DNA of 64,000 nt, from IMG/VR virus record IMGVR_UViG_3300031576_000007, positions 32,001 through 96,000 of that record; one strand, given 5' to 3'. Positions 8,919-19,095 of the stretch are shown one piece after another. The notes under the pieces are model-generated. The model was given only the letters and a program-made list of their open reading frames with translations. It was not told the DNA's origin and did not search any database. The stretch is from a virus. The first letter of the stretch is position 1; every line of letters begins with the position of its first letter. Position numbers and translations under genes: made by a program.

Positions 8919-9381
8919 GACGCAAAAAACAATCTCCCAAGAACAAATTTGTGAAGAAGTAAAAAAACTAGAAGAAGAGGATAAAAAAGAAGCTGATACT
9001 TTTGTCACTAGTGAAGCTAAACTAAAGGAGCAAGGTGCAAAGATTCCTCAGTTGACACAAGAACAAAGAATTATGATTGCTGGCAGAAACCATATCGATG
9101 GTCTTAGGGTTTTACAAGAGAGCTGGAGTAAATTAAGTGTCAGAGGTTCAAGAAGAGTGATGGTTGCTTTGTTACAACTACCTGAAGAAGGCATGAAGTC
9201 AGCCCTTCAAGGAGATTTAGAAAGACAACTATTCCAAATAGGACAAATGGTGCTTAATTCAAGATCAATGCTTGTTAACCACGCAATAATACAAGAATAT
9301 TTAAGGCAACAAGCAGAGACTAAAGAAAAAAATAAAGAAAATAAGGAGGAAATTAATGTCAACGAACAACCAAAACAATAA
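8911..9381 (+). CDS. Hypothetical protein
   Basis: 156 aa ORF, coupled overlaps. Confidence 0.65.
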   Translation: MDETQKTISQEQICEEVKKLEEEDKKEADTFVTSEAKLKEQGAKIPQLTQEQRIMIAGRNHIDGLRVLQESWSKLSVRGSRRVMVALLQLPEEGMKSALQGDLERQLFQIGQMVLNSRSMLVNHAIIQEYLRQQAETKEKNKENKEEINVNEQPKQ

Positions 9382-9640
9382 TAATAAAAACAACAACTCA
9401 ATTCAATTAGGCGCTGGTTGGGAACGAGTTAATAAAAAAGGTAATGAGTACATTTCATTAAGATTCAATGGGAGTCGTGATAAAGACGAATATGAAGTTG
9501 TTGTACGTCAAAAGTCCACTGGTCAGGAACTTGCTCTGCATGAAACTGCCGTTATCCTACAAAGGAATGCAAAAAAGAAAAGTGAGGATAGCCCTGACTT
9601 TTATTTGACTACTTTTTATGGTGGAGATAATAATTCTTAA
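9356..9640 (+). CDS. DUF736-like, putative ssDNA-binding protein
   Basis: LGAGWERVNKKGNEYISL...KKSEDSPDFY; strong RBS AAGGAGG. Confidence 0.6.
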   Translation: MSTNNQNNNNKNNNSIQLGAGWERVNKKGNEYISLRFNGSRDKDEYEVVVRQKSTGQELALHETAVILQRNAKKKSEDSPDFYLTTFYGGDNNS

Positions 9641-9687
9641 CTAAAACGCTTCTTTAATTAAAATTAATCAATAAAATTGAGGTTGAG

Positions 9688-11670
9688 TTGAAAAAGTATG
9701 TAGAACTTAGAGTAACTCTTTCTGGGTCTCTAAGAAATAATATAGTTCCATTAACGGATCTATCTAAACATGTAGATCCCTGGAAGGATTGTTATAGAAG
9801 TGTGTTCTACTTCGACGACAATATGCTAAAATATGTTGCTGAGAATGGGTCTGTTGGTAAGTATCCTGGTAAAGTTGGTGTTGACCGGATAGCTTGGGAT
9901 CTTGATAGTCATCCTCTTGAACAGGCCCAGAAGGATGCCATTAAGATAGTTGATAGACTAGTCACTAGTTATGGAGTTAAAGAAGAAGAAATATCAGTCG
10001 CTTTTAGTGGTAGAAAAGGATTTGGTATCGAAATAAAAGTAGAGGGCATACCTTATTTCGATAATTTGTTCACTGAAAATGTTCCACTATACATAGGCCA
10101 TTTTTGCAAAGAAGTAGCTAAAGATTTAACAATTGATACATCAATTTATAGCAAAGTATTTTTATACAGAATTATTGGGACCCTCCATGATAAAGAAAGT
10201 GAAGTAGGGGGAGGGAACTTTCAGTTATTTAAAACTAATATCTCAATTAAGATGCTTCGGGACTCAACAATTGAAGAGATTAAAAAATATTGTATTGAAT
10301 ACAGAATTCCAGAGGTTTTCCCAACTATTTCCAATAGCTCAAAAATAAGCAAATCATTAGACAATATTATCAATAATTTTGATAAGATTATTAGAGAATT
10401 GCCTATTTGTAATACACCAACAGGGGGGATGCTCCATGAGGATTTAGCTCCTAAAGGACAAAAAACCTGCATTGTGAGATTATGCCAAGGAACTTATACT
10501 GAGGGACGAGATAATGCCCTTCTTAGGATAGCAGATCATGAAAAGAAGATAGGGATGCCTCCTGAAGTAGTGAAAGCAAAACTGATAGGTGTTCTTGAGC
10601 TTATGAATAAGAATGACCCAAGAAAAGCAGCTATTGACCCTATTACAGACACTGATTTAAATAGGCTAATTAATCAAATATTTTCAGGAGATTACGATTA
10701 CGGATGTTATGACGCAGTGCTTCATTCTCAGTGCAGTAAGAAGTGTTATTTAGCTTCTAGGAAGTTTAAAGAATCAACTTTAGACACAGTTTCACTAGGA
10801 GAGGCTTACCAGAGATCAAAACCATTCTTCAATAAGTATTATGAAAATATTGCCTTAACAGGGATAAAAGGAATAGATGAAAGTATGCCTCTATTCTTTG
10901 GCACATTCAACTTAATTGTTGGCAAGGCCGGAACCGGAAAAACTAGTATCATGTTGAATATATTGAAGAATTCTATAAAACAAGATATCCCAACATTATT
11001 TTTTAGTCTAGATATGAGTGAAGAAATGTTAATTCAAAGATTCGCTCCAATTCTTCTAGCTCAAGAGAGTAAACGGTTAATAAGTGGCAAAGAGTTTATG
11101 CAAGCTCATGCTAGAGGATTTAAGGATATAATAAATCAAGCCGATGACGAATTTAGTAAAGCGTCAGAAACAGTTAAGATTTCATCTAAACGTGGTCTTA
11201 CGGTTAGTATGATAAGAGATGAGATAGAACGACAAGAAGCTCTCTGGGGCAAGAAAGTAAAATTAGCTATTATAGATTATGTTCAACTATTAACTTCTGA
11301 TAAAGAGGGATTCGCCAATCATACCTTTAATGCTGAGGGCATCACTGAGTTAGCCAAGGATAAAAAAATATGTATACTAGGTCTTTCACAAGCTACAGGG
11401 GGATATAACGATCCTAATATTCTGGCTAAAGGTTCAAGAGCCTGGGAAGAGCAGACATCAACACAAGTTAATTGTTACAGACCATTTAAGGATAAGTATC
11501 CAGAGTATGATTGGACTATAGTAATGGTTATGGCTAAAAATAGATTGGGTCCATCTGATAAAGTTGAGTTATTTTTCCACGGGCCTTCAGGCATAGTTAG
11601 AGATCTAACAGAGGAAGAAAAAGAAGTTCTTATAGGTTTAAAAGATCGTTTAGAGTATGAAAACGAGTAA
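9688..11670 (+). CDS. Primase-helicase fusion (AEP-like primase plus SF4/DnaB-like helicase)
   Basis: WDLD and FSGRKGF primase motifs; Walker A GKAGTGKT, FFSLDM, IIDYVQL, LSQ, AKNR. Confidence 0.85.
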   Translation: MKKYVELRVTLSGSLRNNIVPLTDLSKHVDPWKDCYRSVFYFDDNMLKYVAENGSVGKYPGKVGVDRIAWDLDSHPLEQAQKDAIKIVDRLVTSYGVKEEEISVAFSGRKGFGIEIKVEGIPYFDNLFTENVPLYIGHFCKEVAKDLTIDTSIYSKVFLYRIIGTLHDKESEVGGGNFQLFKTNISIKMLRDSTIEEIKKYCIEYRIPEVFPTISNSSKISKSLDNIINNFDKIIRELPICNTPTGGMLHEDLAPKGQKTCIVRLCQGTYTEGRDNALLRIADHEKKIGMPPEVVKAKLIGVLELMNKNDPRKAAIDPITDTDLNRLINQIFSGDYDYGCYDAVLHSQCSKKCYLASRKFKESTLDTVSLGEAYQRSKPFFNKYYENIALTGIKGIDESMPLFFGTFNLIVGKAGTGKTSIMLNILKNSIKQDIPTLFFSLDMSEEMLIQRFAPILLAQESKRLISGKEFMQAHARGFKDIINQADDEFSKASETVKISSKRGLTVSMIRDEIERQEALWGKKVKLAIIDYVQLLTSDKEGFANHTFNAEGITELAKDKKICILGLSQATGGYNDPNILAKGSRAWEEQTSTQVNCYRPFKDKYPEYDWTIVMVMAKNRLGPSDKVELFFHGPSGIVRDLTEEEKEVLIGLKDRLEYENE

Positions 11671-14600
11671 AAATTACGTAATTGCTAAAAACGTAGAAGA
11701 ACATTTGAGTGTTCTAGACTATCTTCTAAGTAATCCTGGGGTAATGGCTGTTGATACTGAGACCACAGGTAGTAATCCTTTTACTTGCAAACTTATCGGG
11801 GTGTCCTTCTCTGTTGATGAAGGTGAGGCATTTTATCTAGCTTTACAAAAATATAATAAAGAATTAGACACCTTAGAATCTTTATTAACAGAAGATGAGT
11901 GGTTTAAAGTAAGGATAAAGTTAATAGAAGTAATAGAGCATAATGAGAATCAGCTGCTCATGCACAATAGTCCATTTGACGTTATAGTTATAGAACGAGA
12001 AGTAGGAGCTAATGCCTTATTAAGATTAAGAGCAGACACCCTACTATTAAAACACACTGTTGACGAAAGAAGACCACATGGGCTTAAGAAAGTGTCCGTA
12101 TCTATTTTAGGCCCCGAATGGGCTAACGAACAAGAAGATCTTAAGAAATCCGTAATAGAAAATGGAGGAAAATGGACTGAAGAATTAAAAGAAATGTACA
12201 AGGCTGATTTAGATATATTAGGCAAATATGCTAATGCTGATGCCGATATGACCAGGAGAATCTTTTTCTTTTTAGAGCATGATTTAGAAACACAAGGGCT
12301 TAGTCGATTTTTTTATGAAAAAGAAGTAATGCCCTTGAACGAAGTTACAATTAGTATGATTAAGACTGGCATAAGGTGTGATCTTGATTATTTCAATAAG
12401 CTTAAGAGTGATTTAGAAAAAGAAGCAGTTCAGTTAGAAGATGAGGCTCACAAAGAATTAAGTGCCAAATTTCAAAAACACTATGATCAATTTGAGAAAG
12501 AATTACTAGACTCTGAATTTCCATTAACCGAATCAGGTCTCATGTTTGCAAAACTTTATGAAGAACAAAATTTACCAATTATATTAAACCAGAAAACTGG
12601 TAAACCAACTTTTTCATCAAAGGTTTTAAGAGAAGTATTTGATCTTTATTTAGATAGCACTGTTCTACAATGGAAAATGGAGTTATTAACTAGAGAAGAA
12701 TTTGTAAAGAAAGAAAAAGACTTAATAACTAAATCACAAAGGGAATTATATTTAGATAAAGAAAAAACTAAACATGTTATAAACTTAAGTTCTAGTAAGC
12801 AGCTGTCTGCAATACTATTTGGTTTCCTTGGCGAAACCCCGATAAAAAAAACAGATACTGGAAAACCCCAAGTTGATGAAGAAGTACTGGAGCATTTTGC
12901 TCCGCAATATTCTTTTATTAACTCCTTATTAAAACTTAGAAAAGTTAATAAATTACTTTTTACTTATGTAGAAGGAATCTTGAGTCACAATATTGATGAT
13001 ATAGTTCGCCCTGGATGGCAGCAATATGGAACAGATTCGGGCAGGTATTCGTGTATATCAGAAGGTCAGATTATTACTATGCCGGGGGGGGATAAGCCTA
13101 TAGAACAAGTATCAATGGGCGATCTTGTATATTGTTTCTTGAAAGATGGAAAACCAACAGTTTCAAAAGTTACTAGGGTTTATAACAACGGGCTTAGAGA
13201 TTGTATAAAAATACAATGGAAGAGTAAAGGATCACACAGAATAGGGGAATTAATTTGTACCCCTGACCATCTGATAAAAACTAGAGAAGATAAATGGGTT
13301 AAAGCAGTAGATTTAGAGAAGGGTGCTAGAATTTATCATTTAAGAAGAGCAAAAAATCTATTAAATGGAAGAGTAAGAGTATATGGTCCTAAATATTTTT
13401 ATAAAACAGAAGAACAGCTTTTAAAAGAAGAGTATTACAAATTTCCTAAAAATTATCACGCTCACCACATTAATCATAATAAATCTGATAATAGAGTAGA
13501 GAATGTACAAATACTTAACCCTTTTGATCATTTAAGTTCTCATGGCAAAGAAAATGCGAGTCTAGGAAAAATAAAATGGAGGCACTTAACACTAAAAGAG
13601 AATAGGCCGTTAAGATTAAAAGGACCAAAAAATCCTAATTGGATCAGCATTACAAGATATCAACTTTTAAAAAATATAGCTAGAAATAAAGGCATTCTTA
13701 CGTCAATTAATATGGATTTTCAAACACTAAAGAATAAAATAAAATATTTAGGAATTGATGTAAATAGTATAAAGTTAAAATATAACTCCAGAGGTGATTA
13801 TCTCAGCAGAGGATTCATTAAAAATATATTAATTAAATCTAGACATAAAAAAGAAGCTATAAAATTAAGTGGAGTAAATTATTATAAATTTAATAAATTA
13901 TTAGACTTATATGGTCTAGAGGAGAACCATACTGTAATTTCTATAGCTTCCGTGGGTAAAAGGCAAGTTTATGATCTTGAGATAGAAAATCACCACAATT
14001 TCATAGCTAACGAAATCTGTGTACATAATTGTATAAATCCAAACCTCCAAAATTTACCAAGAGATGATACTAGAATAAAACATGGTATAATAGCAAGAGA
14101 TGGGTATAGTCTAGTAGGAGCGGATTATTCACAGTTGGAACCGCGCAGCTTCGCTCACTGTAGCGGAGAGCCGGCTTTAATACAACCTTATATTGATGAT
14201 AAATATACAGATCTTTATTCTGCGGCAGCTATAGATTGGTTTAATCTTGGCTGTTCATCTAAAGAAGTTAAAGCTAAACATCCTGATAAGAGAAACATAA
14301 TGAAGGCGTCTCTTTTAGCTATAACTTACGGGGCTAAAAAATGGAAATTAGCAAAAATAACTGGTAAAACGCTAGAAGAAGCTGACAAATTTATATCCGA
14401 TTATTTTAAAAAGTATTCAATATTAGATAGGTATATAGCAGGAAGACATGGATCAGCAATTAAACATGGGAAAGTACAAAGTGAGGCGGGGAGAATTAGG
14501 AGGTTCATTGATATTCGTAGACTTCAAAAATCAAGAAAAAGGGAAGAACAAGCTTTATTCAATAAGCTTCTTAATACTTCTGTTAATTTTAGTATTCAAT

Positions 14601-14839
14601 CTCTTGCCGCTAGTATTGTTAATCGTTCAATGATAGCTATAAAAAAAGCGTTTGAGGATGAAAAACTCGATGCAAGAATACTTTTACAAGTTCATGATGA
14701 AATAGTTTCAGAAGCAAGAAATGATCATGCTGAAAGAGCAAGACAGATAATGAAGGAAAAGATGGAAGGGACGTATAAACTTCGTGTACCCTTAGTTGCT
14801 GACCCTAAGATTGGATTTAGGTTAACTGAAATTAAATAA
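11657..14839 (+). CDS. polA: Family A DNA polymerase with 3'-5' exonuclease, intein-containing
   Basis: AVDTET, HNSPFD, YANADAD; SGRYS|CINPNLQN; ADYSQLE; RNIMKASLLAITYG; QVHDEI. Confidence 0.95.
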   Translation: MKTSKNYVIAKNVEEHLSVLDYLLSNPGVMAVDTETTGSNPFTCKLIGVSFSVDEGEAFYLALQKYNKELDTLESLLTEDEWFKVRIKLIEVIEHNENQLLMHNSPFDVIVIEREVGANALLRLRADTLLLKHTVDERRPHGLKKVSVSILGPEWANEQEDLKKSVIENGGKWTEELKEMYKADLDILGKYANADADMTRRIFFFLEHDLETQGLSRFFYEKEVMPLNEVTISMIKTGIRCDLDYFNKLKSDLEKEAVQLEDEAHKELSAKFQKHYDQFEKELLDSEFPLTESGLMFAKLYEEQNLPIILNQKTGKPTFSSKVLREVFDLYLDSTVLQWKMELLTREEFVKKEKDLITKSQRELYLDKEKTKHVINLSSSKQLSAILFGFLGETPIKKTDTGKPQVDEEVLEHFAPQYSFINSLLKLRKVNKLLFTYVEGILSHNIDDIVRPGWQQYGTDSGRYSCISEGQIITMPGGDKPIEQVSMGDLVYCFLKDGKPTVSKVTRVYNNGLRDCIKIQWKSKGSHRIGELICTPDHLIKTREDKWVKAVDLEKGARIYHLRRAKNLLNGRVRVYGPKYFYKTEEQLLKEEYYKFPKNYHAHHINHNKSDNRVENVQILNPFDHLSSHGKENASLGKIKWRHLTLKENRPLRLKGPKNPNWISITRYQLLKNIARNKGILTSINMDFQTLKNKIKYLGIDVNSIKLKYNSRGDYLSRGFIKNILIKSRHKKEAIKLSGVNYYKFNKLLDLYGLEENHTVISIASVGKRQVYDLEIENHHNFIANEICVHNCINPNLQNLPRDDTRIKHGIIARDGYSLVGADYSQLEPRSFAHCSGEPALIQPYIDDKYTDLYSAAAIDWFNLGCSSKEVKAKHPDKRNIMKASLLAITYGAKKWKLAKITGKTLEEADKFISDYFKKYSILDRYIAGRHGSAIKHGKVQSEAGRIRRFIDIRRLQKSRKREEQALFNKLLNTSVNFSIQSLAASIVNRSMIAIKKAFEDEKLDARILLQVHDEIVSEARNDHAERARQIMKEKMEGTYKLRVPLVADPKIGFRLTEIK
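13052..14029 (+). mobile_element. Intein (326 aa) with HNH endonuclease in polA
   Basis: Starts CISEGQ, CTPDH block B, HAHHINHNKSDNRVENV HNH motif, ends VYDLEI...CVHN before C. Confidence 0.92.
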
Positions 14840-14847
14840 AGGATAAT

Positions 14848-15585
14848 ATGAAACGACCAAAAACTTTAATATTTGATGTTGAGACAGCCCCAGTTTTAGC
14901 TTGGATTTGGAGAACAGGCCACAAGATAAGTGTTTCTCATGACCAGATTAAAAAAGGGCAGCGATTTGATATAATTTGTGTGTGTTATAAGTGGGCTGAC
15001 GAATCTAAAATATATTCATTAGACTGGGGGATTAATAAACAAGACTCTACAAAAATGATTGAGGAATTTTCCAAAATAATCGAGAAAGCCGATACTATTA
15101 TAGGACATAATTGCGACAGATTCGATATAAAACAGGTTAATACTCAAAGATTATTAAAAGGTATGCCACCTATTAATTGGCCTACAAGTAATGATACTTT
15201 GAAACAATTTAGAAAGTATTTTGCTTTACCTTCTTATAAACTAGATTATATAGCGAATATATTACTTAGCACAGGAAAAGACAGGATGAATTTCCAGGAT
15301 TGGATTGATATAGTAGAAGATAAGAACCCGAAAGCATTACAGAAAATGATTTCATACTGCTCGAAAGATGTGAAGCTTTTGGATTCAGTGTTTAAGAAGG
15401 CATCTAAGTTTTTTAAACCAAAAGTTCATGTTGGAGTTATGAATAGTTTACAATCTAGACTTTCATGCCCTGACTGCGGTTCTACAGAATCTAGATCAAA
15501 AGGCAGACAATACACAGCTACAAGAGTCTATCAACAAAGAGTTTGTTTAGAGTGTGGTAGGCATTATCAGGGATTACGTTTATAG
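14848..15585 (+). CDS. DnaQ/RNase H-like 3'-5' exonuclease with C-terminal zinc ribbon
   Basis: IFDVET, GHNCDRFD, SYKLDY, YCSKDV, CPDCG...CLECG. Confidence 0.85.
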   Translation: MKRPKTLIFDVETAPVLAWIWRTGHKISVSHDQIKKGQRFDIICVCYKWADESKIYSLDWGINKQDSTKMIEEFSKIIEKADTIIGHNCDRFDIKQVNTQRLLKGMPPINWPTSNDTLKQFRKYFALPSYKLDYIANILLSTGKDRMNFQDWIDIVEDKNPKALQKMISYCSKDVKLLDSVFKKASKFFKPKVHVGVMNSLQSRLSCPDCGSTESRSKGRQYTATRVYQQRVCLECGRHYQGLRL

Positions 15586-15606
15586 TTTTTTATAGAAAGG
15601 ATTAAT

Positions 15607-15843
15607 ATGGAGCAAACGTTACGCGGATTTTTAAATTCTAGGAGTGAGAAGGAGGAAAAATCCACTCCCGAAGTTAAGAAATTAACTCAATTTATAGATG
15701 ATTTAGTAGATTTAAAAGAGTATGTTAGGTTAATACAGAAGGAAAATGTTAATCTAAAAAGAAAAGTTAGAAAAGCTGTTAAAAACGAATTATCTGTATT
15801 TACTAAAGCGGCTAAAGAAAGAAGAGTCAGTACTAGGAGATAA
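15607..15843 (+). CDS. Hypothetical coiled-coil protein
   Basis: 78 aa with RBS GAAAGG. Confidence 0.6.
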   Translation: MEQTLRGFLNSRSEKEEKSTPEVKKLTQFIDDLVDLKEYVRLIQKENVNLKRKVRKAVKNELSVFTKAAKERRVSTRR

Positions 15844-15845
15844 GA

Positions 15846-16511
15846 ATGAACAAACTGATTGGTATAGCAGGCTCAGCCGGTTCTGGAAAAGACACTTTTG
15901 CAGCCCCATTAGTTAATCGAGGATTTATTAAAGCTGCATTTGCTGATAATTTAAAAGAAATGTGTAGAGTAATATTTGGTTTATCTAAATTTCATACAGA
16001 CACTCAAGAGGGTAAGCTAACCAAGTTATCCGTGCTAATTCCTTTTACAAAAATTCACTTTAATGAAATTGTACGATGGATTGATAGAACACACGATATA
16101 AGAGAATGCGCAGCGGCTCTTTCAGAGGTGGAAAAAAAATACATAACCAACCATATAAAAAAAGAAGGAAGACCTCTATACTTTTATACCCCAAGAGAAG
16201 TACTTCAGTTTGTAGGCACAGAAATCTGTAGATCTGTCCACATTAATTATCATGCAGAAGTGCTTTATGCTAGAATTATAAGCTCAAATTTGAGGTGGGT
16301 TATAACAGATGTTAGATTTGCAAATGAAAGAGAAATGATTAAGAAATTAGGTGGTATTTTAGTCAGGCTCAAAAGAGATGGTCATATTACCCAGGGTATT
16401 AATACAGGACATCCATCAGAGTCTTCGTGGGGTGAAGATAGTGAGTATGATGTAGTGATAAATAATAGCGGCACAATTGAAGATTTACAAAAATCTACAG
16501 ATCAATTCTAG
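15846..16511 (+). CDS. Deoxynucleoside monophosphate kinase
   Basis: GIAGSAGSGKDT, AFADNLK, TPREVLQFVGTE, ITDVRFANE, HPSE. Confidence 0.9.
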   Translation: MNKLIGIAGSAGSGKDTFAAPLVNRGFIKAAFADNLKEMCRVIFGLSKFHTDTQEGKLTKLSVLIPFTKIHFNEIVRWIDRTHDIRECAAALSEVEKKYITNHIKKEGRPLYFYTPREVLQFVGTEICRSVHINYHAEVLYARIISSNLRWVITDVRFANEREMIKKLGGILVRLKRDGHITQGINTGHPSESSWGEDSEYDVVINNSGTIEDLQKSTDQF

Positions 16512-16518
16512 GAGCATA

Positions 16519-17343
16519 ATGAGCCAGAATAAGAAGGAATTCCCAAAAGACGCTACAATTTTACAAACTACCATACAACAAGGTATTGATCTACAGCATA
16601 GGCGCATATATTTTGGGGATTTAGAATATGTAGAAGGTAGTGAAATAGAGTTTTGTTCTATTGAACTTACTCTACGGGCTATTGACAAAATGCTTGATAT
16701 TAACAATAAACCTATAGAAATATATATGAGTAGTTATGGTGGAGACCCCTATGCCATGCTAGCTCTTCATGATAAGATTCAAGAATCCCCTTGTAAATTC
16801 ATATTCTTTGGTAGAGGTATGATAATGTCCTCAGCTACTTGGGTAATGTGTTGTTGTGATGAAAGGTATCTAAGTACTAATACTACTGTTTTAGTGCATG
16901 ATGGATTCACTGATGTTGTCGATAGAAGCACTGATGCTAGAATTAATTCTGACGAAAATGAACGTCTACAACAAAGACTAGCTAAGATATATGAAGATAA
17001 CTCCTACTTAGATAGGAAATTTTGGTCTACTGTAGGAAGAAGAGATTTATATCTAACAGCCGAGGAAACTATAAAATTAGGCTTAGCTGATAAAATTACT
17101 CCATTTAGGAAAAGAGGTTTATTTAGAAAAGGCCCCAGAGAGCATACTTTTTTATCTAAACCTGACACAGAATCTATGAGAGGATTTATTTCAGAATTAT
17201 TCAAGAGAATAAAAGCTGAAGTACCACAGAATCTTCAGATAGTAGCAAATATTGACGAGTTTGAAGAAATAGATAATTATGATAATTCTGATAAAGAGCT
17301 GGAACATCTAGGTTTAAAGAAAATAGTGGCAACAAATGAATGA
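16519..17343 (+). CDS. ClpP-like serine protease (no signal peptide), acidic C-terminal extension
   Basis: SSYGGD, IMSSAT (Ser), VLVHDG (His), RDLYLTAEETIKLGLAD (Asp); RBS AGGAG. Confidence 0.85.
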   Translation: MSQNKKEFPKDATILQTTIQQGIDLQHRRIYFGDLEYVEGSEIEFCSIELTLRAIDKMLDINNKPIEIYMSSYGGDPYAMLALHDKIQESPCKFIFFGRGMIMSSATWVMCCCDERYLSTNTTVLVHDGFTDVVDRSTDARINSDENERLQQRLAKIYEDNSYLDRKFWSTVGRRDLYLTAEETIKLGLADKITPFRKRGLFRKGPREHTFLSKPDTESMRGFISELFKRIKAEVPQNLQIVANIDEFEEIDNYDNSDKELEHLGLKKIVATNE

Positions 17344-17632
17344 TGATATAAAGCTAGGTTTGTTTGATTTCGCAAGTGAATTCTTCTTTAAAGATAATTT
17401 GAAAATCGCCTTACGCTCTAAAAAAACTGATAATTCTCCTTCTTATTGGGCTATAGTTTCAAGGGGAGGTTTAGTTTATAACAGAGATATGGAGCTTGAA
17501 TATGAGTCTTCGCCAAGTAATAGGGATGATGAATTTATAAAGAGAACTAGATTTACATTGGAGGAAGCAGTAGATTTAGTTGGAAAAATAGCTGGAGTGG
17601 TAGATTATGAAACTAATAATCGCGGGAAGTAG
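17336..17632 (+). CDS. Conserved phage hypothetical protein
   Basis: WAI...EYESSPSNRDDEFIKRTRFTLEEA motif. Confidence 0.7.
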   Translation: MNDDIKLGLFDFASEFFFKDNLKIALRSKKTDNSPSYWAIVSRGGLVYNRDMELEYESSPSNRDDEFIKRTRFTLEEAVDLVGKIAGVVDYETNNRGK

Positions 17633-17981
17633 GACATTTGATAAAATTGATAGCCTAACTATTGCAGGGTTATTAAGCCAGTTTATTCCTGATTGGCCGA
17701 ACATAATAAAAGAAAGAGTAGTTGGTGGGGCCAGAGGCATAGATAACGCTGGAGAGAATTTTGCAAGAAGTGTAGGTATTCCCTTTAAATTATTCCCAGC
17801 TCAATGGGGGGAATTTGGTAAAGCAGCGGGGCCTATTAGGAATGCAGCAATGGCTACTTACGCAGACGCACTTCTACTCATTCATGGTAATAGCTGTGGT
17901 AGTTTAAATATGCGAGAACAAATGAAAGAATTAAACAAGCCTATTTATGAGGTATTACTAAGTGCGAGTAGTGCATTGTAA
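17607..17981 (+). CDS. SLOG-superfamily (YspA/DUF2493-like) protein
   Basis: IIAGSRTF, GGARGID, FPAQW...GKAAGPIRN. Confidence 0.85.
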   Translation: MKLIIAGSRTFDKIDSLTIAGLLSQFIPDWPNIIKERVVGGARGIDNAGENFARSVGIPFKLFPAQWGEFGKAAGPIRNAAMATYADALLLIHGNSCGSLNMREQMKELNKPIYEVLLSASSAL

Positions 17982-18243
17982 AAAAGAAAAATTTGATCAC
18001 TATCTCGGGAGACCTTTTGTATTTGGTAATCCATTCAGCCATAAAGAGGGGGCTTTAGCTATATTTAAAGTAGATACAGTTGAAGAGGCAGTTGCTAAAT
18101 ATAGAGAATGGATTTTAAATCAACCAGAATTAATTATAAGAGTAAAAAGAGAACTTAAAAGGAAAGTAATCGGATGTTGGTGTAAAGTAAAAGGAAATGA
18201 ACCTTGTCATGGGGATGTACTTTTGGAGATAGCAAATGAATAA
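17962..18243 (+). CDS. DUF4326-family protein
   Basis: VVHCKK, YLGRP..FGNPF, GCWC...PCHGDVL. Confidence 0.85.
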   Translation: MRVVHCKKEKFDHYLGRPFVFGNPFSHKEGALAIFKVDTVEEAVAKYREWILNQPELIIRVKRELKRKVIGCWCKVKGNEPCHGDVLLEIANE

Positions 18244-18853
18244 AATCGAATACCTAGGTGATTGTAAAAATCTATTTTTAGACATTTCATCAAGCTGTAC
18301 TGGGTGGGTTGTTGCTGGGATGGATTCCCGTACTAGGGAAATTACTATATATAAGGCGGGGGTAATGTGGTTTGGTGATGATACACCACATGGTAAAAAA
18401 TATAATATACTCTCTAATTTTGTTTTGGATACCGCGTATGTAGCATACCATATACAAAATGTAATAGCAGAAGGTTATATGGTCAATATGAACAGAGTAA
18501 TGGGTACTCTTGTTATCCCAGAAGCACAGGGGTCCATAAAGTCAGCTTGTTTCGAAACTGTCCCTCCTTTGGGATTCTATAATGTTTACCCCCAAACCTG
18601 GAGAGCTGCTTTAAGTATTAAAAAAGACACAAAGTTTACTTCGTCTAAAGCCTGGAAGGAACCCACTAAAAAAAGAGTAGAAGAGTTGCTGGGTCAAAAA
18701 TTACCTCCAAAAATTAGAAGTAATGTAACAGGAAAAGATAGACCTATTCCATATGACATTTTCGATGCTCTAGGGGTAGCTCTAGCCTGGTATATGAAGG
18801 AACCTAATAGTTGTGTAAAGATCAATGTAGATAAAAACTTCTTGATTAGCTAA
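18236..18853 (+). CDS. RuvC-like Holliday junction resolvase
   Basis: LFLDISSSCTGW, VIAEG, PQTWR, DIFDALGVA. Confidence 0.75.
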   Translation: MNKIEYLGDCKNLFLDISSSCTGWVVAGMDSRTREITIYKAGVMWFGDDTPHGKKYNILSNFVLDTAYVAYHIQNVIAEGYMVNMNRVMGTLVIPEAQGSIKSACFETVPPLGFYNVYPQTWRAALSIKKDTKFTSSKAWKEPTKKRVEELLGQKLPPKIRSNVTGKDRPIPYDIFDALGVALAWYMKEPNSCVKINVDKNFLIS

Positions 18854-18870
18854 TTAAAAAATGGTATAAT
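18842..18870 (+). promoter_or_regulatory. Near-consensus sigma70 promoter, probably leaderless transcript
   Basis: TTGATT (18842-47), 17 bp spacer, TATAAT (18865-70) with extended TG; ATG begins 7 nt after the -10. Confidence 0.75.
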
Positions 18871-18876
18871 CATGAT

Positions 18877-19095
18877 ATGATACCTCAGTTTAATCACACA
18901 GTAGATACGATCATAGTCAGCGTGGCGCTTATTGTCTCTGCTACTATATTAGGGCTTATTATAAGTAAACATCTAAAAGGTGTGGTATTTCAATTAGTTT
19001 ATATACAATATGCTCTGAATTACTTAAACGAATTCTTTTCAGAGGAAAGTACAATAAAAAAAGAGGAGAAAGAAGATGGGGTTTTGGATCAATAA
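18877..19095 (+). CDS. Small membrane protein
   Basis: One hydrophobic TM segment, charged C-terminus. Confidence 0.6.
   Translation: MIPQFNHTVDTIIVSVALIVSATILGLIISKHLKGVVFQLVYIQYALNYLNEFFSEESTIKKEEKEDGVLDQ

Noticed and set aside
13084-13091. G8 tract in the polA intein as a phase-variation switch
   Set aside because: Frame is intact, and slippage would destroy an essential gene; no supporting evidence
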